This document shows, in pieces, positions 49,065-61,115 of a stretch of DNA of 64,000 nt. A model generated the notes under the pieces. It did no database searches, was not told the DNA's origin, and was given only the letters and a program-made list of their open reading frames with translations. Source of the DNA: Squalus acanthias (Eukaryota); assembly GCA_030390025.1 (NCBI GenBank), contig CM059442.1:56668001-56732000 (forward strand), written 5' to 3'. The position numbers and the translations under genes are program-made. Within the stretch, counting starts at the first letter, position 1; every line of letters begins with the position of its first letter.

Positions 49065-49770
49065 AACAGCTTGCATTCATATAGCGCCTCGAACTTGGAA
49101 AGAATATCCCAAGGTGCTTCACAGAGACGTGAGGGATAAAACAGGTGCCGAGCCAAGGAAGGAGAGATTGAGAGGGGTAACCAAAAGCTTGGTCAAAGAG
49201 TTGAGTTTTAAGGAGGGTCTTAAAGAAGGAGAACGTTGTAGAGAGGTTTACGGAGGGAATCCCAGAGCATGGGGCCCAGGTGGCTGAAGGCACAGGCCAC
49301 CAATGGTGGGGCAATGGTGTGGGGGGGGGGGGGGGGTGATGCACAAGAAATCAGAGTCAGGTGAATGGAGAGTTTGGGAGAAGAGCAGGTTACATAGGTT
49401 GGGGCTAGAGGAGGTTACAGAGATAGGGAGAGGTGAGTCCATGAAGGGATTTAAATACAAGGACGAGAATTTAAAATTTGAGACATTGGGGGACAGGGAG
49501 CCAATGTCGGTCAGCACAGATAAGGGCAATGGGCAAGCAGGACTTGGTGTGACATCGAATATGGGCAGCAGAACTTTGTGTGAGTTGATCTGGAGGATCG
49601 GAGGCTGGATGTAAATGTATGGAGTTTGGAGGTAGAGGTATGGATGAGGGTTTCAGTGGTGGATGGGCCGAGGCGGCAGTGGTACGGAGGCGGAAGTAGG
49701 CAATCCTTGGGATCGATAGGATATGGGGATTGGGAAGCTGGGCTCAGGGTTGAATAGGACACCGAGGTTT
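49065..49770 (-). mobile_element. L2-clade LINE 3' ~700 bp, degraded
   Basis: Tail gcttgcattcatatagcgcc; remnants FKTLLKTQLFDQAF and STTETLIHT; internal poly-G at 49321. Confidence 0.8.
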
Positions 49771-49919
49771 AAGCTGGGATTCTGGGAAATCGTCCGCCAG
49801 GAAGCAGCTCCCGACAGCTAACATCGCTAAGTCCGACTCCCTCGTCCTGGTGGCGGACCTCCGACAGATTCCCGCGGGCGCACAAGTTTTCCGGCAGGTA
49901 AAGCGAGGTGGATATAAGC

Positions 49920-49986
49920 CGCGCAGCGCCTTGGGGACGTTTCACCACGTTAAAGGCGCTGTGGAAACACAAGTTGTTGTTGTTGT
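49920..49986 (+). mobile_element. L2-clade LINE terminal tail only
   Basis: gcgccttggggacgtttcaccacgttaaaggcgctg...caagttgttgttgttg. Confidence 0.7.
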
Positions 49987-51517
49987 AACCGTGCGAGCCG
50001 GCTCACAGACGCCAGTCGACGGACTCTGACCCGAAACAGCGCAGGTGAAAGATGTGTTTTGATAAAGGTTCGGGAAGGACAACCAAAAAAAAAAAACTAA
50101 AAGAAAAACATCCGGTCAGCTGGCACGATCCTGCAGACAGGTTGGAAATTCTCAGTACGTAAGCGAGCTTCATGATATCAAGAGCTGTGACCAGGTGTGG
50201 TGGCATTCTCGCAACTTCTAAAAGGAGCTAATTAAGAAAAGGAAAAAAAAGCGTGTGTGGTCGAAATATATAATACCATCGTCACCCGTCACATCGCCAA
50301 GGTCACGGCCCGCGCGGTGTCCGTAATCCTCAGCACCAGTGATGGTGGCTAAAGGCGGGATCTTAGTTCTGCAGTGGCTGCCTATTCCTTTTCTCTCTGT
50401 TGGCTGCACGTGGCCATATTTAGTATCTTTTTCCACTCCTCACGGTGGTTCTGCTGTTCAAATGCCCTCCTATGGCAGCTTTACATCAAAAGTTACCTGT
50501 GTGAAATCCTCGAGTGACAAGGAGGCCGGGGCCGTTTCTAGCGAAGGGTCAAAATGATAAAAGGATATTTATTATATTATCATTTTTTTATTCCTGGCTG
50601 AAAACTGCCCCAGTCTCCTTGTCATATTATATGAACTATTTATGTAATATACAGGCCTGGGGTTCCAATACTGCAATAAGAAATAAGTTCATCCAGCTAA
50701 ATACGGGTTAATGTCTTAAGATTGTAATTCATCAAATCCTGCTATTTTCATCCTTGATTTCTGTTTCTATACATGTGTATGTACACACACACACACAGAC
50801 ACAGAAACGCATGTTAAATGTATGACTGAACTGCTTCACATCCTGCTAACAGTAAGGGTAGGCGCATACCTGAAGTGACTGGAACTATTTGCACGTGTAA
50901 TCACACCGTGTCATGAGCAGGTGTTTGGCGCGTACGTGCAAAATGTACGAGCTGTTTCCATGAAACGTTCCAGCACGCAGCAGCTGGAAAGAATGAGCTC
51001 GCAGATTTCTGCGGCCTTTGGATCACTTCACTTACAAAGCGCTACGAATTGAAATGTTCCTCGGATAACCCGTAACTTCTTTTCATTTCTCGAGTTGTAC
51101 ATAAAGTACGGCTTGGAGTTTGCTAATTGGACAACAAATGGCAGCTCTCTTGTTTATTAAAGTCAAAAGGTTAAATGCGGATGCACAGTAAAGGCTAAGG
51201 ATGTCTCTGTAATTACTGCTCATGATGGTACAATTATAAGTGTTTATTAAAGGTGTCACTGTAACTTGCTAATCATATCATCGCAGAACAGCTTTTTAAA
51301 TCTGGATCTTCTCTCACCTCAACCACCCAAAAAATAACATACATATGTGAAAGGGAAAAAAAAAAGCTTATTTATGGTGTCTGAATCCATTTCCTGTTGA
51401 CTGCGGAGCAGACTAGCAATGACATGTTCAGTTTGGAAAAAACAGATGGGCATGGGTTTGAGCCCCAGCGTCGCCTGGGACTTGCCTGGCGTTGTTGAGT
51501 CTTGTCCACGTTCCTCC

Positions 51518-51536
51518 AAGCCACTAGGTGGCAGGC
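51518..51536 (+). promoter_or_regulatory. Candidate CTCF site
   Basis: CCACTAGGTGGCAG (51521-51534) fits the CTCF core consensus CCASYAGRKGGCRS. Confidence 0.45.
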
Positions 51537-53171
51537 CCTGTGGAAGCCAAGTGCTCCTCCACGGTGGTGCGGGATGGAGCGGGGTGGGGGAGGAGAGGGA
51601 AGGGAAGGGAAGAGCGAGCAACAGCCAAAAATAATGCCTGTCCCATCTGCAAATGTAACATCTGTAGCCTGACTTACAACAGTTGTGGAGAATTCTGTGC
51701 CCCACTTAGAGGTGGCATGGAAGTTAGGTGTCCTTGGTCAATGTGGGGACTGAAAATTTTTTTAAATTTACTTTGTTTTGCCAAGTCTCCCCATAATGAA
51801 ACCTGAAATAGCAGGAATGAATAAGGGTCTCGAATGAAATTCATTCTAGTAGCATTTTTTTACCCAGGCTTAATGATGCCCAGCAGGAATTTGTAAATCA
51901 TTATATCAAAACTTTGAAAACAAAATTACATATTAAAACAAGACGCCAGCCTTATTATGTTGTACAAGTTGGTACCCAGATGTTTTATGCATTAGAATAT
52001 ATTCATTTAGTTCCACTGTACTGCATGAATTCAGCATGAGCATTAATACAGTAACAATAATGGATGAGATGTACTCTTAATGAGCCCTGTGATGCCAAGA
52101 TTAGCTGATGGATATTCGGAACGGTTGAGAATGAATTTGAATTTTCTTTGTGTCCTTGAGCGAGGTTTTTGTGGTGAAGCTGAATTTTTATTTTTGGTTG
52201 TGAATCTTATGGGACTTGAATAGTTTCTGAAATTAGTAAATGTTTAAAGAAACTTGAGACAATCCACATAAATTGAAATAAGGATGGGTGGGGAAGGGGC
52301 CAGAAAAGAGCCTCAGCTAATGGTGTGAGGCACGGGAGGGAATGTGATACCCATAAAGTTTTGACTCTAGGTTTTGTTTCCAGAATCTGTTTCCATTCCA
52401 GACGTATAGTCCTCATTGTTTCCTGCGGGACTCGAGGGACAAAACTGAGCCAAATCGTCTGTCTTTAAAATCAGTTCCATTTTTTATCCTTCATATACGG
52501 TATAAATATGTTGCTCCTATACCCTTTGACACAGATTTGGAGCTGTTAGACCAGCTGATATCTTTTTTTCCCCCTCATTTCTCTTCTCCACAACTCTTGC
52601 TTTTCCCGTTGTCCGCCCCAGTCCCAATCCCGTCAGGCCACACTGCAAAGGAACAGAGGCGGTATTCTACGTGTCGATCTAAGTCAAGAGCTATCTTGCG
52701 CACAGTAACAAATGGGAGTTGGACTGATGCAAAAAGGGCGATTCTGCTCTCGTTTCTGATAGCAAATACTCACAGATATTTAACCCGTTTGGAATGAAGT
52801 ACAATGAAAGTCGTGCTGATGGTGAGCTTTACCATTTCTGAACGGATGTGGGGCTCCCACCAGTGTAGACACTGCCAGGGTCGAACTGTGAAGTTCACCG
52901 CAGAAAATTACACATCTCCTGTTTTCCCTTTAAACAGCTTAAGTGCTTTTACATTAACGTAACCTTCTGTTGTGGTTAAAATCTGACAAAGAAATTATAT
53001 ATTTCAACAAAAAAAATGCCCAGGTGCACACAGCATGATGACGATTTAAAAACAATTTTATATTCTATATTGGCAGAAGAAAATAGTAAAAACCTTTTGC
53101 AGGGGGGGGAGGGGTCTCTCTCTGGGTGGAAGTGGCTCCCCATGGGTGAATCTCTGCCAGCAGGCAGCTCA

Positions 53172-53330
53172 CATCAACAACTTGCATTTATGTGGTGCCT
53201 TTAACACAATTTAACACAGGAGTGCCATCAAACACAATTTAACACCGAGCCACATAAGGAGATGTCAGGAGAGGCGACCAAAAGCTTGGTCAAAGAGGTA
53301 GGTTTTAAGGAGCGTCTCAAAGGAGGAGAA
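53172..53330 (-). mobile_element. L2-clade LINE 3' end fragment
   Basis: caacaacttgcatttatgtggtgcctttaac...accgagccacataaggagat...aaagcttggtcaaagaggtagg. Confidence 0.8.
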
Positions 53331-54142
53331 GGGCATCAATGGGAGCCCATGTCTCCGAATGATTTGAAAGCTGAATTCCATCTGTAGGTTGGACAGGAGT
53401 GAGCTGTAACCCCACGCACATTTTAATTTTTTTCAAAAGCCCCGGCCCGCTCACGTGCTTTTCCCAAACCACAATCGATGGGATTCCAATGTCAGTAAAT
53501 ACCCATCGGCCGGCTTCCAATCGCCAGCGCACAACGGACAAGAGTTTTGTTAAAGACGAGGCGATTACAATATTTGCAGCTCTGAAGCTGATTAATCGTG
53601 GGTGTGCAGCAGAACGAGTAAGGGCAGGGCAAGGAAGTGAACTGTGAAGAGGGTTCTACAGGAATCGTTGCTCCACCAATTAAACCAGACAGATTTCAAC
53701 CAGATTTATGTGTGTTTTTTTTTATATATTAAAAAAAAAGAATTGACCAGGAGCAAAACGGCTGGTACACAAATAACAAGACTCTGCTAATGAGTGCGAT
53801 TTAATGGCAGTTTTATGTTTGGTTTTCGCACAGACCCCGGCCCCTTGCTGTACTATGCATTATCAAGAACTAGTACAGATTTAGTTGGTGGCTGTGTTGT
53901 TGTAATAGGTTGCAATAATAGCAACCATTTCAGTGACGATTCAGTATGTTGCAGCGTGGGATCTTAAAGTGTAAATTCAGTCAGACTGCTTGTTGAATGA
54001 CAATTTGATTTTTATTGCTCTGTATTGGAACCATAGACGCTAAAGTACACCTAAAGTAGGTGCCAGTTTAATCAGTAACAGCTTTCGGTTATCAATGCAG
54101 TTTTTTCCCCCTCTTTAAATTATCTCCTCTTCAATTCTCCCT

Positions 54143-54575
54143 GTGTCAGCTGTGGCTCAGTGGGTAGCACTCTCTCGCCTCTGAGTCAGAAGGTTGTGGG
54201 TTCACAGTCCAACTCCAGGGACTTGAGCACAACAATCTAAGCTGATGCTCCAGTGCAGTGCTGAGGGAGTGCTGCACTGTCGGAGGTGCCGTCTTTGGGA
54301 TGAGACGTTAAACCGAGGCCCCGTCTGCTCTCTCAGGTGGGCGTAAAAGATCCCATGGCGCTATTCGAAGAAGAGCAGGGGAGTGCTCCCCAATATTTAT
54401 CCCTCAACTAACATCACTAAAAAACAGATGATCTGGTCATTATCACATTGCTGTTTGTGGGAGCTTGTTGTGTGCAAATTGGCTGCCGCGTTTCCTGCAT
54501 TGCAACAGTGACTGCACTTCAAAAGTACTTCATTGGCTGAGGTCGGGAAAGGCGCCATATAAATGCAAGTTCTTT
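54143..54575 (+). mobile_element. Deu-domain tRNA SINE, full length with small deletions
   Basis: A-box tggctcagtgg, B-box-like ggttcacagtcc, Deu core, tail ggcgccatataaatgcaag. Confidence 0.9.
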
Positions 54576-55619
54576 GATCACCCACCTAAACAGTGGACTT
54601 CAGAAAGTCCATATGTTTTTTACAGAATTGTTTAAATTTAGATGACTTGTGCGAATGAACTCGCAGCACATTTCCAATATAAGAAGGACATGAAAGAGAA
54701 TCAAAGTGCAGTCTTGCCGATGGGATTGTTCTAGAAGGAAGCCCAGCCCAGGCTGGTATACTTAAAGCTAAGCAGCCTCTCTTTCAAGTAGCACGTACGC
54801 CCATCACTCTGATTTACAATAGGCGTTAAAATATGGCACAATTTAATAACAAGTAAACAAGTCCGCACTCGCTCCTCCATTACATTCTGTTCCTATTTGC
54901 AGCGCTGGGTTTGAATGTTGGCATTACCTTCAAAATAAAACTTCCCTTCTGGCAAAGGCCTACCTTGGGTTAGTTCCTTGGATGGCAGAAAGGCATTGGG
55001 GAACAAAACACAAACAGATTTCATTCCTTTTTAAGTTTCAAAGCAAAGGTGGTGGCTGTGGTGAGTGATCGCAATGAAAATGACCGCAGATGTATTTCAT
55101 ACTGCAGCCTCTCTAGTTTTCCCCTGTACTAACTGTCCCCATAAACAACCACATGTCCTTGCTTTCAAGGTTGTTTGCAAGCTGTAATTTAGCCCCCGCA
55201 ACACTTGCCGAGGTGCAAGACATTCAATGTCAGCACATTGCAGGATATTCTGCGAATGAAGGGGAATGTGAGACCCAGACGGATTTTTTTTTAAACTAGT
55301 AAACAGCATAATTTAAACACCTTAGTGTGTGTGTGCGTTTATATACAATCTACTTTTAATTCAAAGTCACTTCATTCGACACATTCAGTAATTTGTTTAC
55401 TGCAAGCACAAAAATGACAAGTGCTCTGTTGCATATTATGAATGGCTCGATAATTCAAATATGTTTTTGTCCAAAAATGACTTGAATATACAGGAGTAGA
55501 CTATGTTAATCAAAACTTTCAGCATTAGGATAGCATTGGTATGAGAAAGAGAATGACAGCCCAGTAAGTCATTGTCTGACTTGTGATGGTGCCTTGTAAC
55601 CTAACAAAGAAATACAATT

Positions 55620-55950
55620 ACATAGAATTTACAGCACAGAAACAGCCCATTCGGCCCAGCTGATGCCGCTGTTTATATGGTCCACACGAGCCTCCTCCCA
55701 CCCTGCTTCATCTCACCTTATCAGCATCTCCTTCTATTGCTTTATCCCTCGTGCACTATCTAGCTTCCCATTAAATGCATCTATGCTAGTCGCTTCAACC
55801 ACTCCCTGTGGTAGTGAGTTCCACATTCTCACCACTCTCTGGATAAAGAAGTTTCTCCTGAATTCCCTACTGGATCTATTGGTGACTATCTTATATTTAT
55901 GGCCCCTAGTTTTGGATTCTCCACAAGTGGTAACATCTTCTCTACATCTA
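55620..55950 (-). mobile_element. CR1 LINE 3' end fragment
   Basis: catagaatttacagcacagaaacag...cattcggccca...gagttccacattctcaccactctctgg...aagaagtttctcctg. Confidence 0.85.
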
Positions 55951-55974
55951 TTATTGGGGTTTTCGTTGGAACAG

Positions 55975-56555
55975 AGGCCGGGTATTCTGCGGCGAGTGTT
56001 TCACCTCCTGACTCCCCAAAGCCTCTCGACCACCTACAAGACACAAGTCAGGAGTGTGATGGAATACTCTCCACTTGCTTGGGTGGGTGCAGCTCCAACA
56101 TCACTCAAAAAACCCGACACCATCCAGGGTAAAGCAGTCCATTTGAGCAGCTTAAACATCCACTCCCTCCACCACCGACGTACTGTGGCTGCAGTGTGTA
56201 CTATCTACAGAATGCACTGCAGCAACTCGCCAAGGCTTCTTCGGCAGCAACTCCGAAACCTGCGATCTCCACCACTTGAAGGACAAGGGTAGCAGGTGCA
56301 TGGGAACACCATCACCCCAAGTTTACCTCCAAGTTACACACCATCCTGATCTGGACATATATCACCGTTCCTTCATTGTGGTTGGGTCAAAATCTTGGAA
56401 CTCCCTGCCTAACAGCACTGTGGGAGTACCTTCACCACATGGACTGCAGTGGCTCAAGAAGGCGGCCAATCACCACCTTCTCAAGGGCAACTAGAGATGG
56501 GCAATAAATGCCGGCCTTGCCAGCAATGCCCACATCCTGTGAATGAATGAAAAAA
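55975..56555 (+). mobile_element. Non-LTR retrotransposon (CR1/L2 group) ORF2 C-terminus and 3' UTR
   Basis: GILRRV..LLTPQSLSTTYKTQVRSVMEYSPLAW...LHHRRTVAAVCTIY...SWNSLPNS; (GAAT)n tail. Confidence 0.85.
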
Positions 56556-56559
56556 ACAA

Positions 56560-56920
56560 TTACGGGGTGATTTGATAGAGGTGTTTAAAATAATGAAGGA
56601 ATAGAACAGGGGGGGAGGCAGATGCAGAGTGTTTCCAGTGGTTGAGGGGTCTGGAACAAGGGGATATGGATATAATTAAATATGAACTTTAGAACAGAGA
56701 GCAGGAGAAACTTTTTAACATGGAGGGTTGTGAGCCTGTAGAGTTAATGATTGGAACAGAGACCAGGCCAACATTTAAAAATAGGTTAGATAGATGATTG
56801 AAGGAAAGGGGGATAAAGAGATATGGAAACAGAGCGGGCACAGGGGATTAGACTATAGCTTGTGTAGAGGACAAACACCTACAGAGATCAGTTGGGTCAA
56901 GTGGCCAAGTTCTGTGATAC
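56560..56920 (+). mobile_element. Older CR1 LINE 3' fragment
   Basis: LRGDLIEVFKIMKE (ttacggggtgatttgatagaggtgtttaaaataatg) through gttgggtcaagtggcc. Confidence 0.75.
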
Positions 56921-57419
56921 ATATATTACACAGCATTACATAGAAAGTGTAAGATATAAAGGCCATCAGGGGCGGGGGGGGGGGGGGGGGGGTCTTCAAT
57001 AAAGGTCTGGCTGTCTGTGGCCTCACTTACTTGTTTCACTAACTCCATGGCTAATGTTTTTTAGTGTAGGTTTCCAGCCTTGTACCTATTAGACATGTTT
57101 AGTTGATTTAAAGTTTGCTAAGTGTACCATTGGGCAAGGAAAGATCTGAACCTTTTTTAAAAAAAAGGACGTTAACATTTGAGGGTGGAAATAAAAACTG
57201 TTGTGTGCAGTTTAGGTGTTCTGGGGTTCTCTAACTTTTCAGCCACCAACACCAGAAATGTGGAGATCACTGCTTTTAATTTTGTTCAATATCTGTCATA
57301 TTGTAGCCCCCTCCAACTGGTTATGCCGATTCGCAATGGGATTTTCTTTGAAATTAAAAGGTTTTTGTCTTCAAAGTTCCCTGATTGCTGAGGGGGTAAA
57401 TACACTCTGCATTATGGAA

Positions 57420-57615
57420 CTGAGCTGTACAGGCCAGGGATGTCCTGGGTGTGTGCTGGGACAGTGGTAGGGATGCTGCAATTAGCATCAGTACTCCTGC
57501 AGGGGTGGGGTGGGGGTGGCTGGAAGAGGGAAGGAGAAAGAAATTCAGCCAGCATTCCTACCCCTGATCACAGCCAAGTGAGCTGTGCTGGAAACTGCAT
57601 CTATTTGGGCCTGAT
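57420..57615 (+). mobile_element. Old SINE-like repeat (family B), degraded
   Basis: gggatgctgcaattagcatcagt...ttcagccagcattcctacccctgatcacagcc. Confidence 0.45.
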
Positions 57616-57711
57616 CTCTCCAATTGCATTAGAATTGTATGAAAGTTCACTGGACAGTGTTGCGAGTTTGACGTGTAAAGTTATCTAACTGTGATTATTT
57701 GCTTACTTTTG

Positions 57712-57776
57712 GTTGTAAAGCACTTTGGGACGTCCAGAAGTCATGAAAGGCACTATATAAATGCAAGTCTTTCTTT
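57712..57776 (+). mobile_element. Deu-domain SINE terminal tail
   Basis: ttgtaaagcactttgggacgtccagaagtcatgaaaggcactatataaatgcaagtctttc. Confidence 0.75.
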
Positions 57777-58823
57777 TAAACCATCAAAAGTGCACACTGA
57801 ATGTCGGTGGATTATCTCTGAATCCAGCACGTTTCTAACTAAATCTGCAGCACATGATACACACTCAGTAACCATTGACAGCGTTTTTGTCAATTGTCCA
57901 TTGTTTGGGATTGGGGGGGGTGGTGGGGAGCGGGGGCAGCTATTAAACTCAGCAGTGGACACCTGTTGTGACATGACTTTGCATCATGACCTCATGCAAG
58001 CACATAATCTTCTTATCCCAAATACGACACGTGCATACTCTGCACATATGTACACTTCCTCTTTGCCGGTTCACAGGAGACCAGCGTTGCGATTTAAAGG
58101 TAAATTCAGGAGAGTGGTGCACTTTGGCTGCGAGCCCCCCCCCCCCCCCCCCCCACACTCCCCGAGGCCCATGTAAAAGACTCTGCCATGTACCATCTGC
58201 ACTGGCGCACCAGGAGATTGGGGACGGGCATCCTCATAGACTTGCCAATTGATGTAGGTTTTCTTTGTTTTCATGTTAAAGGGCACCACCCCCTGCCCAT
58301 CGCCCCCACGCCAACCTTCCGTGCCACAGGTTACATTCCTATCAGACCGTTGAGTTTCAGTTTTAATATTTAAGAGCAAAAGCTGATGGACGATAATACC
58401 ATAATCAGACAAAGCATACCGTCCATATTATCTCAAGGCATTGTTCGTTTCATTCTCTTATTGTACAAAGTTATTGAATTGGGCCCTAAGGTTTTACACA
58501 AAGGTTTCTGCTTCACACTTGCAAAAAAAAAAGCGTGAATTTCCGCTTTTATCAACCCTTGTTATTTAGAAAGTGCTGAAACCTACACAAATGCTGTAAG
58601 GGAACTAAGTGTATGTGAGAGAGACAGAGCAAAACCTCCAAGGGGCTTGTCCTACAGGTTAGATTTACTACACATCTGAATTCCCGTTGACCATGCATCG
58701 CTTGGGCATCGCCCCTTAACATTAAAACCGATATTTGGACAGCAGGGAGCTGAGCTCCTCGCACGATTTCTGTTTCCCTGAACGTACCGCAACACGGAGC
58801 CAGCAGTATAACTTTGGTCCCAT

Positions 58824-59186
58824 AAAGAAAGAAAGACTTGCATTTATATAGCGCCTTTCATGACCTCAGGACCTCCCAAAGCCGTTTACAGCCAATGAAG
58901 TACTTTTGAAATGTAGTCCCTGTTGTAATGTGGGGAATGCGGCAGACAATTTGCGCACAGCATGCTCCCACAAACAGCAATGTGATAAATGACCAGATAA
59001 TCAAATTTTTTTTTTTTAAGTGATGTTGGTTGAGGGATAAATATTGGCCAGGACACCGGGGGATAACTCCCCCTGCTCTTCTTCGAAATAGTGCCGCGGG
59101 ATCTTTTATGTCCACCTGAGAGAGCAGACGGGGCCTCGGTTTAACGTCTCATCTAAAAGACGGCACCTCCGACAGTGCAGGACTCC
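58824..59186 (-). mobile_element. Deu-domain SINE lacking the tRNA head
   Basis: aaagaaagaaagacttgcatttatatagcgcc...aagacggcacctccgacagtgcag. Confidence 0.88.
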
Positions 59187-60194
59187 TGTGTCCTTAAAAA
59201 AAACCTATTCTATTGATTTGAGAAATTTCTCCTCACCCCCGCCCAGCAGAAATAAATGACCCAGAAGTGACAGCAATAAAATAACGTACACGGTGGATTT
59301 ATTACATTTCCAGTGGTTATTTCAGAACCAAGACCACTGCTGTAGTAGCAGTACTTCACATTATGCTCTTGTGAGACAAGTAAATTTAAACCTATACCAT
59401 GAAGTTGCTCAGATTAAATACACACAGTTAGGCCTCAGGCTATAAGAATACCAGCAGGATGATCAAAAAAAGCTCACTAACATGACATCATTACTGCTAC
59501 AAACTGTAGGAATTTCCCTTTTTAAAATCCGAATCGACTGCCTGCTTCTGGCCTGATTTGTACAGAGAAATTGCAAAGGAGCTTCCAAACTCCCTCGGAG
59601 TCCCTGCAGTAAGATGCACAGAGCCAGAGACTGGTAAACGACTTTGTCAGTGCCGCTGATCTTCCTGGTTGTACAGCAGGGCTGAGCCGCAGCTCGCCCA
59701 TATTTGGCCATGTTGAAGTCAAAGTTAAAGGCAAACAATGACAACAACAACAACAACAAAAAAGTCCGCGAGGTGGGTCAGCCAGCCCCATTGCCTTTAA
59801 GTTGAAAGGGGGCTATCAGACACCAGGCGACCCCATGTGATCCTTAAAGAGCGGTGTTTTGGAAGTCTCAAAAAGAGATGTTTTCTTAGTGGTGAATTGT
59901 ATAGGTGCAGTGTCCTTCCTGTGCTTTCCACGAGACTCTAATTCCTGTCAGGGGAATGGATTCATTTTCCAAACAGAATCTGGAAAAAGGAACAGAAAGA
60001 GAGAAATGCCGAGTTGGAACACATGATTTTACAATTATAGTCGCATGCCTCACATTTTTAAAACAAGAGAAAAACACAGGAGCCAAATAGAGCGCTTTGT
60101 GTTACCACAAAAGATTTTTTTCCCCCAGAAACGAGTCAAACTTAGAAAGAGGGCTTCCGCTCTTTAGGCCTTTCTCTCTGTCCTTACGAGGCGC

Positions 60195-60525
60195 AAGCCG
60201 CTCAGTCAGCAAGTGAACTGTTCGATGTGGAACTGATACCAAGGAGCAGGAAAGGCCCAGCCAGGCCTGTGCTGAGTTAGCAGTACAGTGGGGCTTTCAA
60301 CTGGCCCCCTGAAACAGGGAGGAGCAAACTCCGGCCACAGTTAGCGCTCCTGATCACGACCCCGAGCCTGAGTCTGTCGGGGGAGGACGGGGGCCGGGCT
60401 TGGCTGTGACGCCTTGCATGGTTGATTAACCCGGAGTCACGTGAAGATGGGCAACCTGGAAAAGATACCAGAGGGTTGTGATGCCTGTGGAACCTTCGCA
60501 TAGCTATGAGCTACCACCTTAAAGG
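60195..60525 (+). mobile_element. Old SINE-like repeat (family B)
   Basis: gctcagtcagc...ctgtgctgagttagc...gctcctgatcacg...gggcttggctgtgacgcc. Confidence 0.55.
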
Positions 60526-60557
60526 TAGTTCGGGAGGGCTTTATATATTATTATAAA

Positions 60558-60670
60558 TTTCCCACATTACCACAGTGAATACACTCCAAAATTACTTCAT
60601 TGGCTGTAAAGCGCTTTGAGACGTCCGGTGGTTGTGAAAGGCACCATATAAATGCAAATCTTTCATTCTT
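60558..60670 (+). mobile_element. Deu-domain SINE 3' tail directly preceding a full copy
   Basis: cccacattaccacagtga...ggctgtaaagcgctttgagacgtccggtggttgtgaaaggcaccatataaatgcaa. Confidence 0.8.
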
Positions 60671-61115
60671 GTGTCAGCTGTGGCTCAGTTGGTAGCACAC
60701 TTGCCTCTGAGTTCTGGAAGGTTGTGGGTTCAAATCCCACTCCAGGAACTTGAGCACATAAAGCTAGGCTGACGCTTCAGTGCAGTGCTGAGGGAGCGCT
60801 GCACTGTCGGAGGTGCCGTCTTTCGGATGAGACGTTAAACCGAGGCCCCATCTGCTCTCTCAGCTGGACGTAAAAGATCCCATGGCACTATTTCGAAGAA
60901 GAGCAGGGGAGTTCTGGCCAATATTTATCCCTCAGCCAACATAACAAAAACAGATAATCTGGTCATTATCACATTGCTGTTTGTGGGAGCTTGCTGCTGC
61001 GTTTGCCACATTACAACAGTGACTCCACTCTAAAAGTACTTAATTGGCAGTAAAGCGCTTTGAGATGTCCGGTGGTCGTGAAAGGCGCTATAGAAATGCA
61101 AGTCTTTCTTTCTTT
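60671..61115 (+). mobile_element. Deu-domain tRNA SINE, full length
   Basis: gtgtcagctgtggctcagttggtagc (A box), ggttcaaatcc (B box), Deu core, tail ending in (CTTT)n. Confidence 0.92.

Noticed and set aside
54143-54225. tRNA genes at SINE heads (also 60671 and ~62890)
   Set aside because: A/B boxes are present but continue directly into the SINE body, so these are not stand-alone tRNAs.
55663-56292. 209-aa ORF as a gene
   Set aside because: A chance fusion of an antisense CR1 tail with a LINE ORF2 fragment.
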